Source: Octopus vulgaris (Eukaryota). Taken from it: 64,000 bases of DNA. Made by a program: the position numbers and the translations under genes. The notes beneath the pieces were generated by a model. The model did no database searches. It was not told the origin of the DNA and saw nothing but the letters and a program-made list of their open reading frames with translations. Location: the NCBI GenBank assembly GCA_951406725.2, contig OX597825.1:28582001-28646000 (forward strand), in the 5' to 3' direction. Below, piece by piece: positions 1 through 13,089 of this stretch; position 1 is the stretch's first letter, and each line of letters opens with the position of its first letter.

Positions 1-681
1 GATGAAAGGCAACGTTAACCTAGGTAGAATTTGAACTCAGAATGTAAAGCATTTTGCCTAGTGTGCTAATGATTCTGTCAGCTCGTAGTCTTGTGTTTAG
101 ACATTATATTAACATAGAACTGAGTATACCCCATCACACATCACATGCACGTATATATTAATGATGTAAACAAATACATGACAAATATGCATAATACTGA
201 AAAAGCATGAAGTAAATACATGCAGACAAATATATTAATTTAAGAAATAATAAAAATATACAAAATACTTTAGAAATCAATGAAGGGACAAAAGAAAAAG
301 TAAGATGATACATGTTGACATTACTAGGTAATATGTAATTTCACAGGCGCTAAACTATAAATTTCACAGGGTAAAACCTTAAAGTTGACACCGCTAAGTT
401 GACACCACTACAACGCAGAAAATTTTTGTCTCTCTATTCGCTAAAAACACACAGTTTTGTCGATTTTTAAATGTCTGTAACGTTTTTGTCACATTTTTTC
501 TCCGCTTCATTTGAATAAGAGTGGAAAACTACTTCAATATAATCGATTTTCAGATTTTTACTTCCTTTAAAAAAATGCATATTCTGTGAATGAATTTAAC
601 TAAATCTAGCTGGTGCTTGACCACGAAAAAAAACATAGATGTGAATGTGCGCGCGTGGATGTGTGCGTATGTGTGTGCGTT

Positions 682-735
<54 letters not shown>

Positions 736-1619
736 TGTGTGTGTGTGTTCCTTCCCCTGTTTTCTATCTGTCGCTCTCTCTCTTTCTTGCCCTCTATTTC
801 CCCCTCTGCAGCTTACACCTGACCTTTGGCCAGTCTTCCTTTCTTTCTCTCCCTTTTTCACTCCAGTTCCGTAGCTGAACGTTCGCAAATTCCCTATCTC
901 ATTGTCTTGCTATTTGCTGTTATCTATTCATTTAGGATGCCTTTTAAGCATTACCCACCATTCTTGCCTTTTTGGTTCTGAGGCTATATTTTGCTCGTTT
1001 CTTATTTATTTCGTCTTTTTCCATCGTCTTAAATTACATTTATTCACGTTCGTCTTTCCACTCTGCATTGTTTTGTTTGCTCTCGGCCCTATATTCTCCG
1101 AACTTTCGACGGCACCGCCTGCATACTGAGTTCTCAGTATTATCATTAATGGTGCGAAACTGAGTAATACCACCTGGTTGATAACAAATCGCAAATATAC
1201 TTGTCAAAAATGACAAAAATCAATGTTTTACCCTGCAACAAGTACCAAACAATCCAAAACAGTTGTGCAAAAACTAACTCGCCGCCCCGCAGGGCGAAAA
1301 CCCTCCTCAAAACGACGACAACTGTTCCACATCAAGAGCGCAACCGTAACTTCAACACACAAATCAACAACAAAAACACACCAATTAAACAAACACACTG
1401 AGCAACAGCAGCCGAACGCAGAAGAGTGACAAGCACCGGTTGGCGATAAAATCTTTATTATGGTCAAACTGATCGTACATAGACAAAGACATTACAAGAA
1501 AAACAAATACAAAAATCTTATATGAGTTCGAATGAGCATTAAGCTAAAAATGTACTGAAAAAATATTTTATGTAAAGATTAATTTTTACCTTTGACTATA
1601 ACTTAAAAAAAACGGAAAT

Positions 1620-3397
1620 AGCGAAAGAAAACGAATAAAAGCTCAAACAGATCGAACCCGGCAGCCTATAAGGCCCAACAACTATCTTTTCCTTTCCTCA
1701 ATGATTAAACTGGTTTACTAACACTCACCTATCTCATCACATCCTTCCATCGTTTCTCGTATTCACTCGGTGGCAGGGTCTTCCTCTCAACCCCATCTTG
1801 CTCTTCAGATGGTATCTGAAGTAGGACAACAAACCGGGGCCAGAGATTAAAGACCCTGTTAGAGAACCTTCCATTCTTGTCCTCCAAACACACACTTTCA
1901 GTACTTCAAACGTACAGTAAAAACATGCCTTAACTTTTTTTGAGAGTCCAGTTGGCGGTATCATTTTTATCATAGATCCACCCGACAGCTGTACTCGTCC
2001 CAGATTCGACAGCACGTGTTCAACGTAACATTTCAAGCTAGATAGCTCCCGGCATTCTAGAAAAGCGTGCTGGACAGTCTCATTTTCCAGCCCACATCTT
2101 GGACACGGCCGTGGTATTGACATTCGCTGCCTGGATAACTTATCGCGAACAGGTAAAGCATTCCTGTAGCACTGACAGGTCAGGGATTTTTGGAAGTTAT
2201 CCAAGTACCACGAACTGACAGATTTTTTAAACAGGTTGGCAAGTTGGTTCCCATCGAATCCTACAGCCCCTCCTAGAACGTCATCATTTTTTTTGCCTCT
2301 ACCAGCCCTCTATAAAACACCGAGTTGGTATTCCTTTCCCAACTTGTCGATCAGCCAGAGTGCCTGACGGCATTCCTTCTGCCATGAAGTTAGGTTACAT
2401 CTTTTAATGAAACCGGGTTTAAATCTCTCCAAACAGGCCGGTCGCGGCAAGAACTCCTCCGCCAGCGGACTCCACACCTTATCACCCTCCAGGAGGTACC
2501 AGAGATGTCTCAACCTCAACGCATATCTGCGCATCACAAGCCAAGGCATTCCCAGTCCACCGTTTAACGGTTCCTCGCAGTAACCAGAGCGCCTCACAAG
2601 TGGTTTCCTCCCTTCAACAAAAACCGGAAGAGGAGTCTTTCCAACTTGTTTAGCCACAAATCGAGGCAAGGCACAACGGACAGGCGGTAGGAGATTACAG
2701 ATGCTATAAACACCTTCACCACCTCCGCCCATGCCCTTCAAGAACAGAGGTCTTCCGGACCACTCCCGTACTATGGCCTCCACCATGTCCACTACCTCAC
2801 TCCAATTCTTCTCCATCTGGGAGTCCGGGCCAAACCAAACTCCAAGCAACCCAACAGGGCAATCTGTCCAGTGTCCAACGACACTGGACGATATCGGATT
2901 GTTCCTACAAGTGCCGAGGCGCAAACCGATCGATTCGACCTTGTTAACTTTTGCCCTTGCCACCGCTTCGTATCGTCGGTGAGTATCTTCTACACGAGGT
3001 AGCTGAGCTACGTTGGATCCGATGAGGGTGACATCTTCCCCTAAAGCAGAAACAAACCCACTGCACCCGATTTCATTGGGGTTGTTTCCTAACTTCTCCA
3101 ACTTCCGCAGTAATGGCTCAAGAACCAAGACGTACAGAAGCGGAGGCAAGGGACACCTTTGACGAACAGAACTCTTGATCGAAAACGGCTCCTTTAGGTA
3201 GCTGTTTATCTGGACTGTGGACTAGAAGCCGCTGTACATAGCGGAGATCGTCCCGCGAAAGACAGGGCCCAGCCTAGCCGCTTCGAGGACCGCTTCCAGG
3301 TACTGATGGTCTAAGCAATCGAACGCTTTACTTTGGTCTAAATGGACCTATGCCCCTCCTTCGTCGGTTAATTTCCCAACCATATCTAAGGTGTAGC
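1620..3397 (-). mobile_element. 5'-truncated, degenerate L1/Tx1-clade LINE (RT plus C-terminal CCHC)
   Basis: ORF fragments PLLYVLVLEPLL, GGLGMP, CPRCGLENETVQHAFLEC; DQSKAFD motif near 3320. Confidence 0.85.
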
Positions 3398-4175
3398 GGT
3401 GAAGGTGAAGATTCAGCCTTTCATTAAACTTTCTTTACATATTTTCAAAATAACTTGTTTCTTTAGCCACGTATCATTTCTCAGTCGTTGCTTACATCAC
3501 CGCCTCATCCCAAAAGGTTTCCGCTTCCATTTCGCCCTACTCTCCATTCTGCTTCAACCATCCTACCCATACTCCTTACTACATCCTACCGCATTATGGG
3601 TGCCACCATTTGCTCCAATCTCTCTAAAATACATACCATCGACCGCCTTCTCCCTCCGGCTTTTTCCATCTTTTCCCCCTCTCTGTCCTCCTCCCATTCT
3701 CACAAAACGTTGCCATATATAATTCATTTAAGTCATCTCTTTCATCAATATCTTGCCAACACCAAACTTCGTAAACTCCACTCTCTCCTCCATTCCTTCA
3801 CACATGATGCCACTATCCCAACTCCTCCACTACCTTCCCTGACACCCACTCCAACCCACCCACCCTTGTCCCTCCAAACGCCCCTCACACATCCACACTT
3901 CTCCGTCCCAGCCTTCCACCAGCCCTACCACTCCTACTTCTATTCCATCAAATCCTCCTACTTCTATTCCGTCCTCCCCTTCTCTACTTCAGTCTCTTGT
4001 TACCATTCCCCCAGATCTTTTCTCTGAGGCGGATCGCTCCATCCTTTGAAGGGGCCTTCGTTTAATCTCCCTCACTCCATCCTGCAATGAATTTAATACT
4101 CCTGCTTGTATCCACAACTTTCTGCGCCGTGTTAGGGTGTGTGCGCTTTTCCGCTACACTCTACCCGCATCTAAC
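3398..4175 (+). mobile_element. Penelope-like element, N-terminal fragment
   Basis: SHVSFLSRCLHHRLIPKGF and LSEA.RSIL.RGL motifs; homologous to 17898-18672. Confidence 0.75.
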
Positions 4176-4195
4176 TGCAACTTATACAGAAGTAT

Positions 4196-4615
4196 TGGAT
4201 CCTTTCTGTTTGAACGGCAGTTTTTAACATAATTTCTAGGTAACTAAAAAATTTTAAACTTCGTATACTGGTAGAATGTGTTTATAAAACATCTTTTTCT
4301 CTTGGCTTTATCGAGAAACTTTTATAGTTTGTAAGATATTTCGTCTCTAATTTCTTGCATTTCGGCAATTTCAACCAATCAATGACCGTCTATTGAGGTG
4401 AAAACATTTTGTGCCGTATGAATTTGTCCCTCGTTTAAGAAACAGATTGGGTTTATTTACATTTGTGAAGAAAAAAAAGATACCCTTCCCCCCAACCCTA
4501 ACCCTAACGCTAAAACAGATTGAAATGCAATAGGTCGATCCTAGGGTCATAATTATGGGTGACAATTTCATATGACACCGCTAGAAAAAACTGCCGTTCA
4601 ACCCGAAAAGATTCG
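4196..4615. mobile_element. ~420-bp MITE with ~30-bp TIRs and 6-bp TSD (aagtat)
   Basis: Ends tggatcctttctgtttgaacggcagttttt ... aaaaactgccgttcaacccgaaaagattcg; aagtat at 4190-4195 and 4616-4621. Inverted homolog at 58973-59375. Confidence 0.85.
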
Positions 4616-5615
4616 AAGTATCTACTTTTCACTATTATACGTTTATACGCTATTGTTTATTTACTATTGATTCACGAAATTATCTCAGATTCCAGATGTT
4701 ATATAAAGCTATTAAAACCACCTCCGTATGAGAAGGGGAGGTAATCCCAAGAATGAAGAAATTTCCAGAGATGACAAACGATTAAGGGAAAGAAATGGCA
4801 TACCAGAACAACAGGTAAATGTTTGTTTATGCGTATTTATATATGCGTCATTTGTTTAAAATTTGTATAAAATTCTATTATATAATAATGGTATTTGGCA
4901 CAATTTCGATTGTAGAAAAAAATGTAAATTTTTACAATCACACACTTGTCTCAGTTTCGAGCTGTCATTTACTAATAGAATTAAAGATTTCCAAAGCTTT
5001 TCGTGATCTGATTTCTTCAAAACACATCTAAAAACCATATCAAAAACATTTTCATCTTTAAAATGTGACGGGTGTAACAGTAAAAAATTACACAGGGAAA
5101 ACATGTCAGAATGCAATCAGGTAAAGCAGATCTACAATGGTATTAAATTATTCACTTACAAAATTTTCAGGTGTATCCACACGCTTGGAACCGACATGGA
5201 AACACCTTGCGACACATGTTGGGAATATCCTCTTCATTTTCATTTGACTAAAATTTTCTTGTTGTGACAAAATCTGTTCATCTGAATTAATCAATAAATA
5301 TATTAAGTATGTGAGCGCATGTGTGTGTGACTTCATACGTGTGTATGTATGTCTCAAGTATGTATGTATATATGTATACAGGCACGCACGCGCACACACA
5401 CACAAACACACACAGATACTTGCGCGTGCACGCACGCACACGTCGCACATAGTCACACACACACACTCAGGCACACATATATACGATTATGTGTATGTTT
5501 GTGATTATGTATGCTTATATTAGTGCAGGATTGTGTGTTATTGTGTGTGTGACTACAAATGTGTACGTGTAGGTGCGTATGTGGTGTGTGTATGTATGTG
5601 TGCGTGCGTATGTGG

Positions 5616-5664
<49 letters not shown>

Positions 5665-5699
5665 TGTGTGTGTATGCTTGTTTCTCCTTTTGTGCATAT

Positions 5700-6030
5700 A
5701 GATGAGATAAATATTCACGAAGAACCTTTCTTAAATTTTTCTTTTATCAGAGACGCTGCTCTAAAACAGTTTCGTATGGAATTCAAATTATGAAAGAAGA
5801 AAATGAAAAAAAAATAAACGCTTATTATCAGATCAAAAGTGAGTGTTTAACATATGAAGTTGCGTTTAAGAAAAACGTTGATAGGTTTTTTGTTATTAGA
5901 TTTATTTGTTTAATTGCACAGGCGCTCTGGCTAGCATTTGGTTTTTCATGTTGAAATAGAAAAATTACAATGCTTTTAAACGACAAATGATTATTCAAAC
6001 GCATTTTGTTCATGAAATATCCGATAAACT
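5700..6030 (+). promoter_or_regulatory. Conserved upstream block of the cyclase gene (putative 5' UTR / promoter or 5'-UTR intron end)
   Basis: Nearly identical to 25810-26140, although the sequence further upstream differs between copies. Contains pyrimidine-rich ...ttaattgcacag, a possible splice acceptor. Function is inferred. Confidence 0.35.
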
Positions 6031-9000
6031 ATGACAATTACATGCCTCATTCTTATCTCTACTTGGATGTTTGTGACAGGACAATTGGAATTATCATTTC
6101 TACAATTTCACGAACCTCCTGCAATTATACCCGATGATCCTTCAAAGTTATACTATTCAGTGCCACTCAATCAAATGATCAGCAAACCGATCATTGTCGT
6201 TGCCGTTTATTCAAACGGGACACCTTTTTCTGAGGGAGAAGTCAATACGACGGCTACAATAGACAGCTATGCTGTTTCGCCATCTGGCGAGATTAATAAC
6301 AAAGATATTTGGGCAGACAGTGGCGGCCAACTGTGTCAGAAATCAGCATGGTGGTTGAATTATCCGGAGCGATATAACAGACATCTTGCGAAAACTCGTT
6401 GTCATACACCGCATTCTTCCATTCTAATGAAATCACGAATTTTTAATGGAAAACTCATATTTGATTGGATTTACCATAAACATACCATTGTACCTCCATC
6501 CATGCGAATGTTCAGGATCGAAATACCAGATTATAAAATATACGTCGACTCTTTCCCAATATTTGTAACCAAACCTGCACACCGGTTAGTTGTAACGAAA
6601 CAACCACCTGTAACAGTTTTGGCTAATCACGATTTTGATGTTGAGGTTGAAATAAGAGATGAAGAAGGAAATACTCTCATAAATGGTCTTGATTCGGTAG
6701 CAATTGTGGAAATGACAATTCCTTACAATTATAAACGTTTCTATGCTGACCAAGAGAGAGAAATGATGATTGATTACACTAAAATTCGAATGGATGGAGA
6801 GAATGTAACAATTGATTTTAAAACACGAGATATAATAATGCGTCAACAAGCAAATTATGGTAAGGCAAAATTTACTGGAGTTCGAATTTTAGACGTTACA
6901 CAAAATTTGCAACTAAATATTACTTTAACCATGGCAAGAGACCCATGGAGCAGAATTCCTGCTTGCTCAGAATGTTTCCTTGACATCGAACGTGCAAGAC
7001 AGTTGTCCAGTGACAGAAAGTTTATTACTTTCCAACGATTAACAACTGAGGAAGAGAAAAAGATTCTACCTGTTGTCTTTACGAGGAATTTCACGGTAGC
7101 AGTTATACCGTTAGGTAGCATTGCTATGGACAACTTCTCAAAAAGTATGTATTCTAAACTTAAAACTAATGAAAATGTTGTAGAGGTGCCTATTAGTTGT
7201 CCTTTACTTTACGGCATGAGTATTTTAGCACTGGATACTTTACATCATCGGATCTATTCAGGCCCTAACTCCAAATTACGCCTATCTATTAATACAATCC
7301 CAGAAAATATATGTTTTTCAAAACATAGCACCGTGGAAATGTCAGATGGAAAAATCCACTTATTGGTATCTATTTGTGAAGTAGTCAATTCCGTCAAATT
7401 AAGAATAACTGTAACTGGTATGAACGCTATTTATTTCATTACTCCGGCTTTTCGTATAACAGGAAACATTACAATTGGACATTTTGGTGACCTTCGATTT
7501 AGTGGTGATGGAAAGGAAATTGACTCACATATCAATTCTTTTATACGATTCGCAATCAATGATGTTAATAATGGTATTATTGTCCCAGAATTAAGAAAGA
7601 AAGGATTGAAATTATATTTGAAGTCGTATAATATTCCAAACGAAAAACCTGCAACCTATAGAAAACTTGGGGATTTGGAAACTATTTCAACTAATATTCA
7701 TTTGGTTATAAGTTCAATTCCAGGAAATGTTGCTAATGTTTTTAGTCCGTTCATAGTGAAGTTTAGGATACCTTATATTTCGACGATCGATTCTACCAGA
7801 GAATACATCGATAAAGATATATACCCATTGTATAATAGTATAAGTTGGTCAGAGGAGGCGTTCTATAATTCAGTGTTTCAATGTGCTAAAGATAGGTTTT
7901 GGACTGACATTGTAATCCTTCGATATCACGATATTAATTTAACTGGTTTATTCTATTCTGTGGCTATCAAATACAAAATTGACTTACACAATGAATTTGT
8001 CTTTGGGGCAGTAAAAGATTTAAAACCGAAGAACTTGTATGACAGGAAGCTGAAATCATCGTTGGAAGCAGTGAAAAGAACTAACTTGAAAGTAATCTTT
8101 CTGTTTGCTCCATTCCATATACAGCCAATCGTCTTTCGAGAAGCCTATCTTATGAACCTTTCTTCTCTGCATGGATTCCAATGGGTTTTAATGAAAAAAT
8201 ACGCGCGAGAGTTTCCATTTGAGAACCATTCGGTTTGTAACAAAAAATTAGAATGCACATTAGCTTTTACTGGAACCTACCTCTTTGATTCGACCTACAA
8301 TGTATCGGGTTACCAAACAGATAGTTGGAAACGAGTTCTTAATTATTATTTTAAAGAAGACCGTGTACTTTACAAAGGTGGAAGAGTTCGTCATAGGTCC
8401 TTTGAAATAGGAGCGTTAATGGGTTTGGGTTATGACGCCGTGCACCTTTATGCTAAAGCGTTAGCCATACTTCTCAATAAACAACAAACATTTAGCGGTG
8501 CGAAGGTTAATTGGCTCATGCGCAAGACAACTATACATGGACTAACAGATAAAGTATCTTTAAATACATACGGTGATAGAATTGGTTATTTCGGTTATCT
8601 GGCCCAAGTTAACCCAATCCCACGTTGGCCATATTTACCGAAATCTAAAGTTATAACTTACGTAAAATGTATTAAGAGATCGGAAGACGGTATTCAATTA
8701 GAAATACCTTATGAATCGAAAATACTTCCTCACAATAAAACTGCGGCACTGGTAGCATTTCCTGTCGGTAAGGCACATAACACTAGACAATACATATCTT
8801 TATCGGGGATGGTTAGTCTCAATACACAAAAAATGATGCCAAAAGAGGGTGAAGATTGGCCGCCAACCATTTTTATTCGGACAGAAAGTATAGTTCCACC
8901 ATATTATTGCGTTCATGCGTGTGGTGAAAAGTTAAAAGACCCCGGTAATATCAATGTTTTTGATGGAGGAATATGTCGTCCAGATGACAAATGCGAATGC

Positions 9001-11077
9001 TTTGAAGGATTCGAAGGGAAGCGTTGTCACACTGTTCAGTGCCATTGTTTACACGGCCTTTGCACTATTAAAGGTTCTTGCATATGTAATCCTGGTTATA
9101 CAGGCCCCTCTTGTGGTTCAGCAATTTGTGAAGATTGTAATTTTGGTGTATGTGTAAAACCAGGAGTATGTGAATGCACTACTATAGTACATTTCGGTGA
9201 AAATTGTGCTATTCATATTTCATCCATCATTGTTCCAATATTATTTGTAGCACTTATTCTCATTGGTATCTTTTATGTCATGGCAGGAATAACTAGCTCG
9301 AAGACGAAAAGTATAATCTATCAAGACTGGATGATTGATTGGGACAACGTTACTGTACCTGAAAAATTAGGTATGGTAGGACAATCTAAGGGAATAATTA
9401 ACAAAACGGTTGCAGCTTATAGATGGGACGATGAGAACTGGTATGTAAAAAAGATTAATAGTAAGACAATTCCTCCTGATGATAAAAAGATTATTTCAGA
9501 CATGGTCAAGTTAACTAAAACTAGACATTATAATCTGATTCGATACGGTGGATGTTGTTTGACTTATCCTAACGTCAGTTTGTTCATGGAAATTGCTGAC
9601 AAGGGGAGTATAGCGGATGTACTTGCCAATGAAACATTTGAGATCGGATGGGAATTTGGATTTTCATTTTTAAAAGATATATGTTGCGGAATGGAATATT
9701 TGCACGACAAATCTGAAATCAAAAGCCATGGACGTCTGAAATCTTCCAACTGCTTGGTTGATAAGCGCTGGACAGTACGTCTGTCAGGATTTGGTGCACC
9801 GTCTCTTCGTTATGGCAGCTACAGAATCCCAGAGTCTGAAGAAATGGCTGATTTAAAAGATCTTTTTTGGACCGCACCCGAACTACTGAGGGATAACACA
9901 AATCTCGATGGAGTAATGTCGGGCACACCGCAAGGAGATGTCTATTCATTTGCTATCGTTGCGTGTGAAATTGTGACGAAGGTAAAACCATACCATTACG
10001 AACTGAAACATTTAAGTGAAAAAAGCATTTTAGATCTCATTAAAGATTCACACTCACGGGCCAATATAGATATACGACGTGTATGGGAGAGTATTGGTGG
10101 AGGTAAAATGATTTTTACAAGACCAATTTTAAGTGAAGATTTATTACCAAACAGTAATCTATCTAAGAAGCTGTTTAAAATAATGCTCGAAGAATCTTGG
10201 AATGAGAAGGAATCTTCACGACCGACTTTTAATAAGCTTAGCATCATTCTAAATCAAATGTACCCCATAAAAGGAGAACTTATAGATAAATTAATCCACC
10301 TCTTGGAAACTTATTCAAATAATTTAGAAATGGTTGTAATAGAAAGAACCAGAGAACTAGAAGAAAAAAAAAGCTAATGCTGAGCAGCTATTGGGCCAGA
10401 TGTTGCCCCCGAAAGTAGCTTGTGAACTGAAGCAAGTTGGTGAAGTGATACCGGAATTATTCGAAAATGCCACGGTATTCTTCAGTGATATCGTGAATTT
10501 TAGCCGAATATGTAAACAAAGTAAACCAATGGAAATCGTTGATTTTTTAAATGAAGTTTATAAATTATTTGACTCAGTGGTGGACGGCTATGATGTTTAC
10601 AAAGTGGAAACCTTCAGCGATTCCTACATGGTAGTTAGTGGTATTCCAGAAAAGAATGGTGATCGCCATGCAGGAGAAATTGCAAAAATGGCTTTAGATC
10701 TGATGTCATATGTTACTCTACTCCATGTTCCCAACACGGAAAGTAATGTGCTACAATTACGAATTGGAATGCATTCCGGCCCGGTAGTAAGTGGCGTGGT
10801 GGGGACTCTATTGCCTAGATTTTGTCTATTCGGAGACACCGTCAACACAGCTTCCAGAATGCAGTCTAGTTCTTATGCCTTACACATTCAGGTGAGCGAG
10901 AATACTGCAGCAATTCTTGATTCTTTAGGCGGTTATAAATTAGAATGTAGAGGGGAAAGAGAAGTAAGAGGTCGCGGATTAATGACAACGTACTGGCTGT
11001 GGGGTAAGGACACATTTATGAAAGAATTACCTGATATATCCCTAGCAGTCCCTCTCTCACAACACAAATTCAAATAA
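6031..11077 (+). pseudogene. Intronless receptor guanylyl cyclase paralog 1 with a single +1 frameshift (real pseudogene/truncated receptor, or homopolymer assembly error)
   Basis: ORFs 6031-10377 (1448 aa) and 10391-11077 (cyclase) are colinear with paralog 2. ATG-to-stop span is 5047 vs 5046 nt. The A-run at 10364-10372 is A9, versus A8 at the equivalent site in paralog 2. Confidence 0.85.
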
Positions 11078-11279
11078 AGCCTCCAGAGCATAAATTTATC
11101 TATAAAACACCATACATATTGTAGTATGTGTTCATGTATGTATGTATGTATGTATGTATGTATGTATGTATGTATGTATGTATGTATGTATGTATGTATG
11201 TATGTATGTATGTATGTATGTATGCATGTATATATGTATGTATGTATGTATGTATGCATGTATGTGTGTGTGTGTGCGT

Positions 11280-11945
11280 CTCTCCTAGTTTTTTAATCAT
11301 TAGAAATCTTCCACTGAGGACGGAGCCGGTTTCCAACAAAGATACAAGGCTCCATCTGTGGGATGTAGTTTACACAGACAAATTCACAATTGGAACTTGA
11401 GAAAATTCTTGCATATATTTACTGTTCCACCCACAGATTGTACCTGTAATGTACGAATTAGCCGGCCAATTTCTCTTTCTGAAAATCCCAGTTTATCCTG
11501 ATTCTCACTAAAGCATTTACTGACAAAACCTAATGTTCTAATTATTATTTGTATGAATATGAATTCATAGTCTGGATATAGAAGCTGCAGGTTTCGAAGT
11601 GGTTGTCCATAGATATTTTCTTTTTCTTTGATTTTCTATAAGTTATTTATATCTACAGAGCAGCTGACCTATATGATGGTACGTATCTTTGCCCATTGTC
11701 CCAAACAACAATATCCAGTCTGTTATGTTTACATTTGACAGAAGCTTTAATGGGAATATTCCGCTACTATCCCTTGAGTTGGTGTTTATCAATGTATTTC
11801 ATAACACGGATTTTTATAGTTTATTTCAGGATACACTTTATTGCGGATGGCATTCTGAACAGTTTTAGCTACATCATGACGCATAGGGAGTTAGTACCGT
11901 GGCGACTTTTTAAGATAGCAGCTAATCACATGCGGGATGACTTCA
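11280..11945 (-). mobile_element. 3' fragment of an R4/Dong-like LINE (restriction-like endonuclease end plus 3' UTR)
   Basis: Minus-strand translation gives RHDVAK, CKHNRLDIVVWD, LQLLYPDYEF; flanked on both sides by (TATG)n. Confidence 0.7.
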
Positions 11946-12149
11946 ATGTGTGTATGTATGTATGTATGTATGTATGTATGTATGTATGTGTGTGTGTGTG
12001 TATGTACGTATGTATGTACGTATGTATGTGTGTGTTTGTGTATGTATGTATGTGTATATGTATATATGTGTGTGCATGTATGTATGTATGTGTATACGTA
12101 TATATGTGTGTGCATGTATGTATGTATGTATGTATGTATGTATATTGTG

Positions 12150-12680
<531 letters not shown>

Positions 12681-13089
12681 ATTTTCACTCACAAAATCTG
12701 AACTTTACAACAGAAAAAGTGACGGTGCTGTTTTTTTCTTAAAACGTACTGTATTCATATATTATTCGCATATTAATGTTAAAAAATATTCAGCCCATCT
12801 TCACTACAAAATGAACTTGAAATTGGTAACAATTGGAATCAATTCCACCATTCTACAAGATTTCATCTGATTTTTAAAATTGTTTCTAATTTTGAAAATT
12901 CCTCATGAAACTGTTTTGTTCACATTTTGTTTTTAATTCAACTTTACATACTTACATGTATAATAGAAAATTTGTTCCAATAAAAAGAAATGTGGCTATA
13001 TTTGATGTTTTATTGAAAACTTTTATTATTCACTTTTCACTTGTAATAAAATTCATTTGGTTATTTCATTTATCATAACTATGATAGAT

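Larger units (their letters stand above)
1..11130 (+). repeat. Tandem segmental duplication, unit 1 (left end outside the window)
   Basis: 1-~4175 aligns with 14854-~18672. ~5690-11130 aligns with ~25800-31240. Confidence 0.93.

Noticed and set aside
4690-5290. Possible transposase or Cys-motif coding remnant
   Set aside because: No motif strong enough to call by eye.
6586-10848. Antisense and alternate-frame ORFs within the cyclase genes, present in both copies
   Set aside because: Short shadows of the main CDS, shared only because of the duplication.
10391-11077. Independent soluble guanylyl cyclase gene
   Set aside because: The ORF starts at TTG and is the frameshifted C-terminus of the upstream receptor, colinear with paralog 2.
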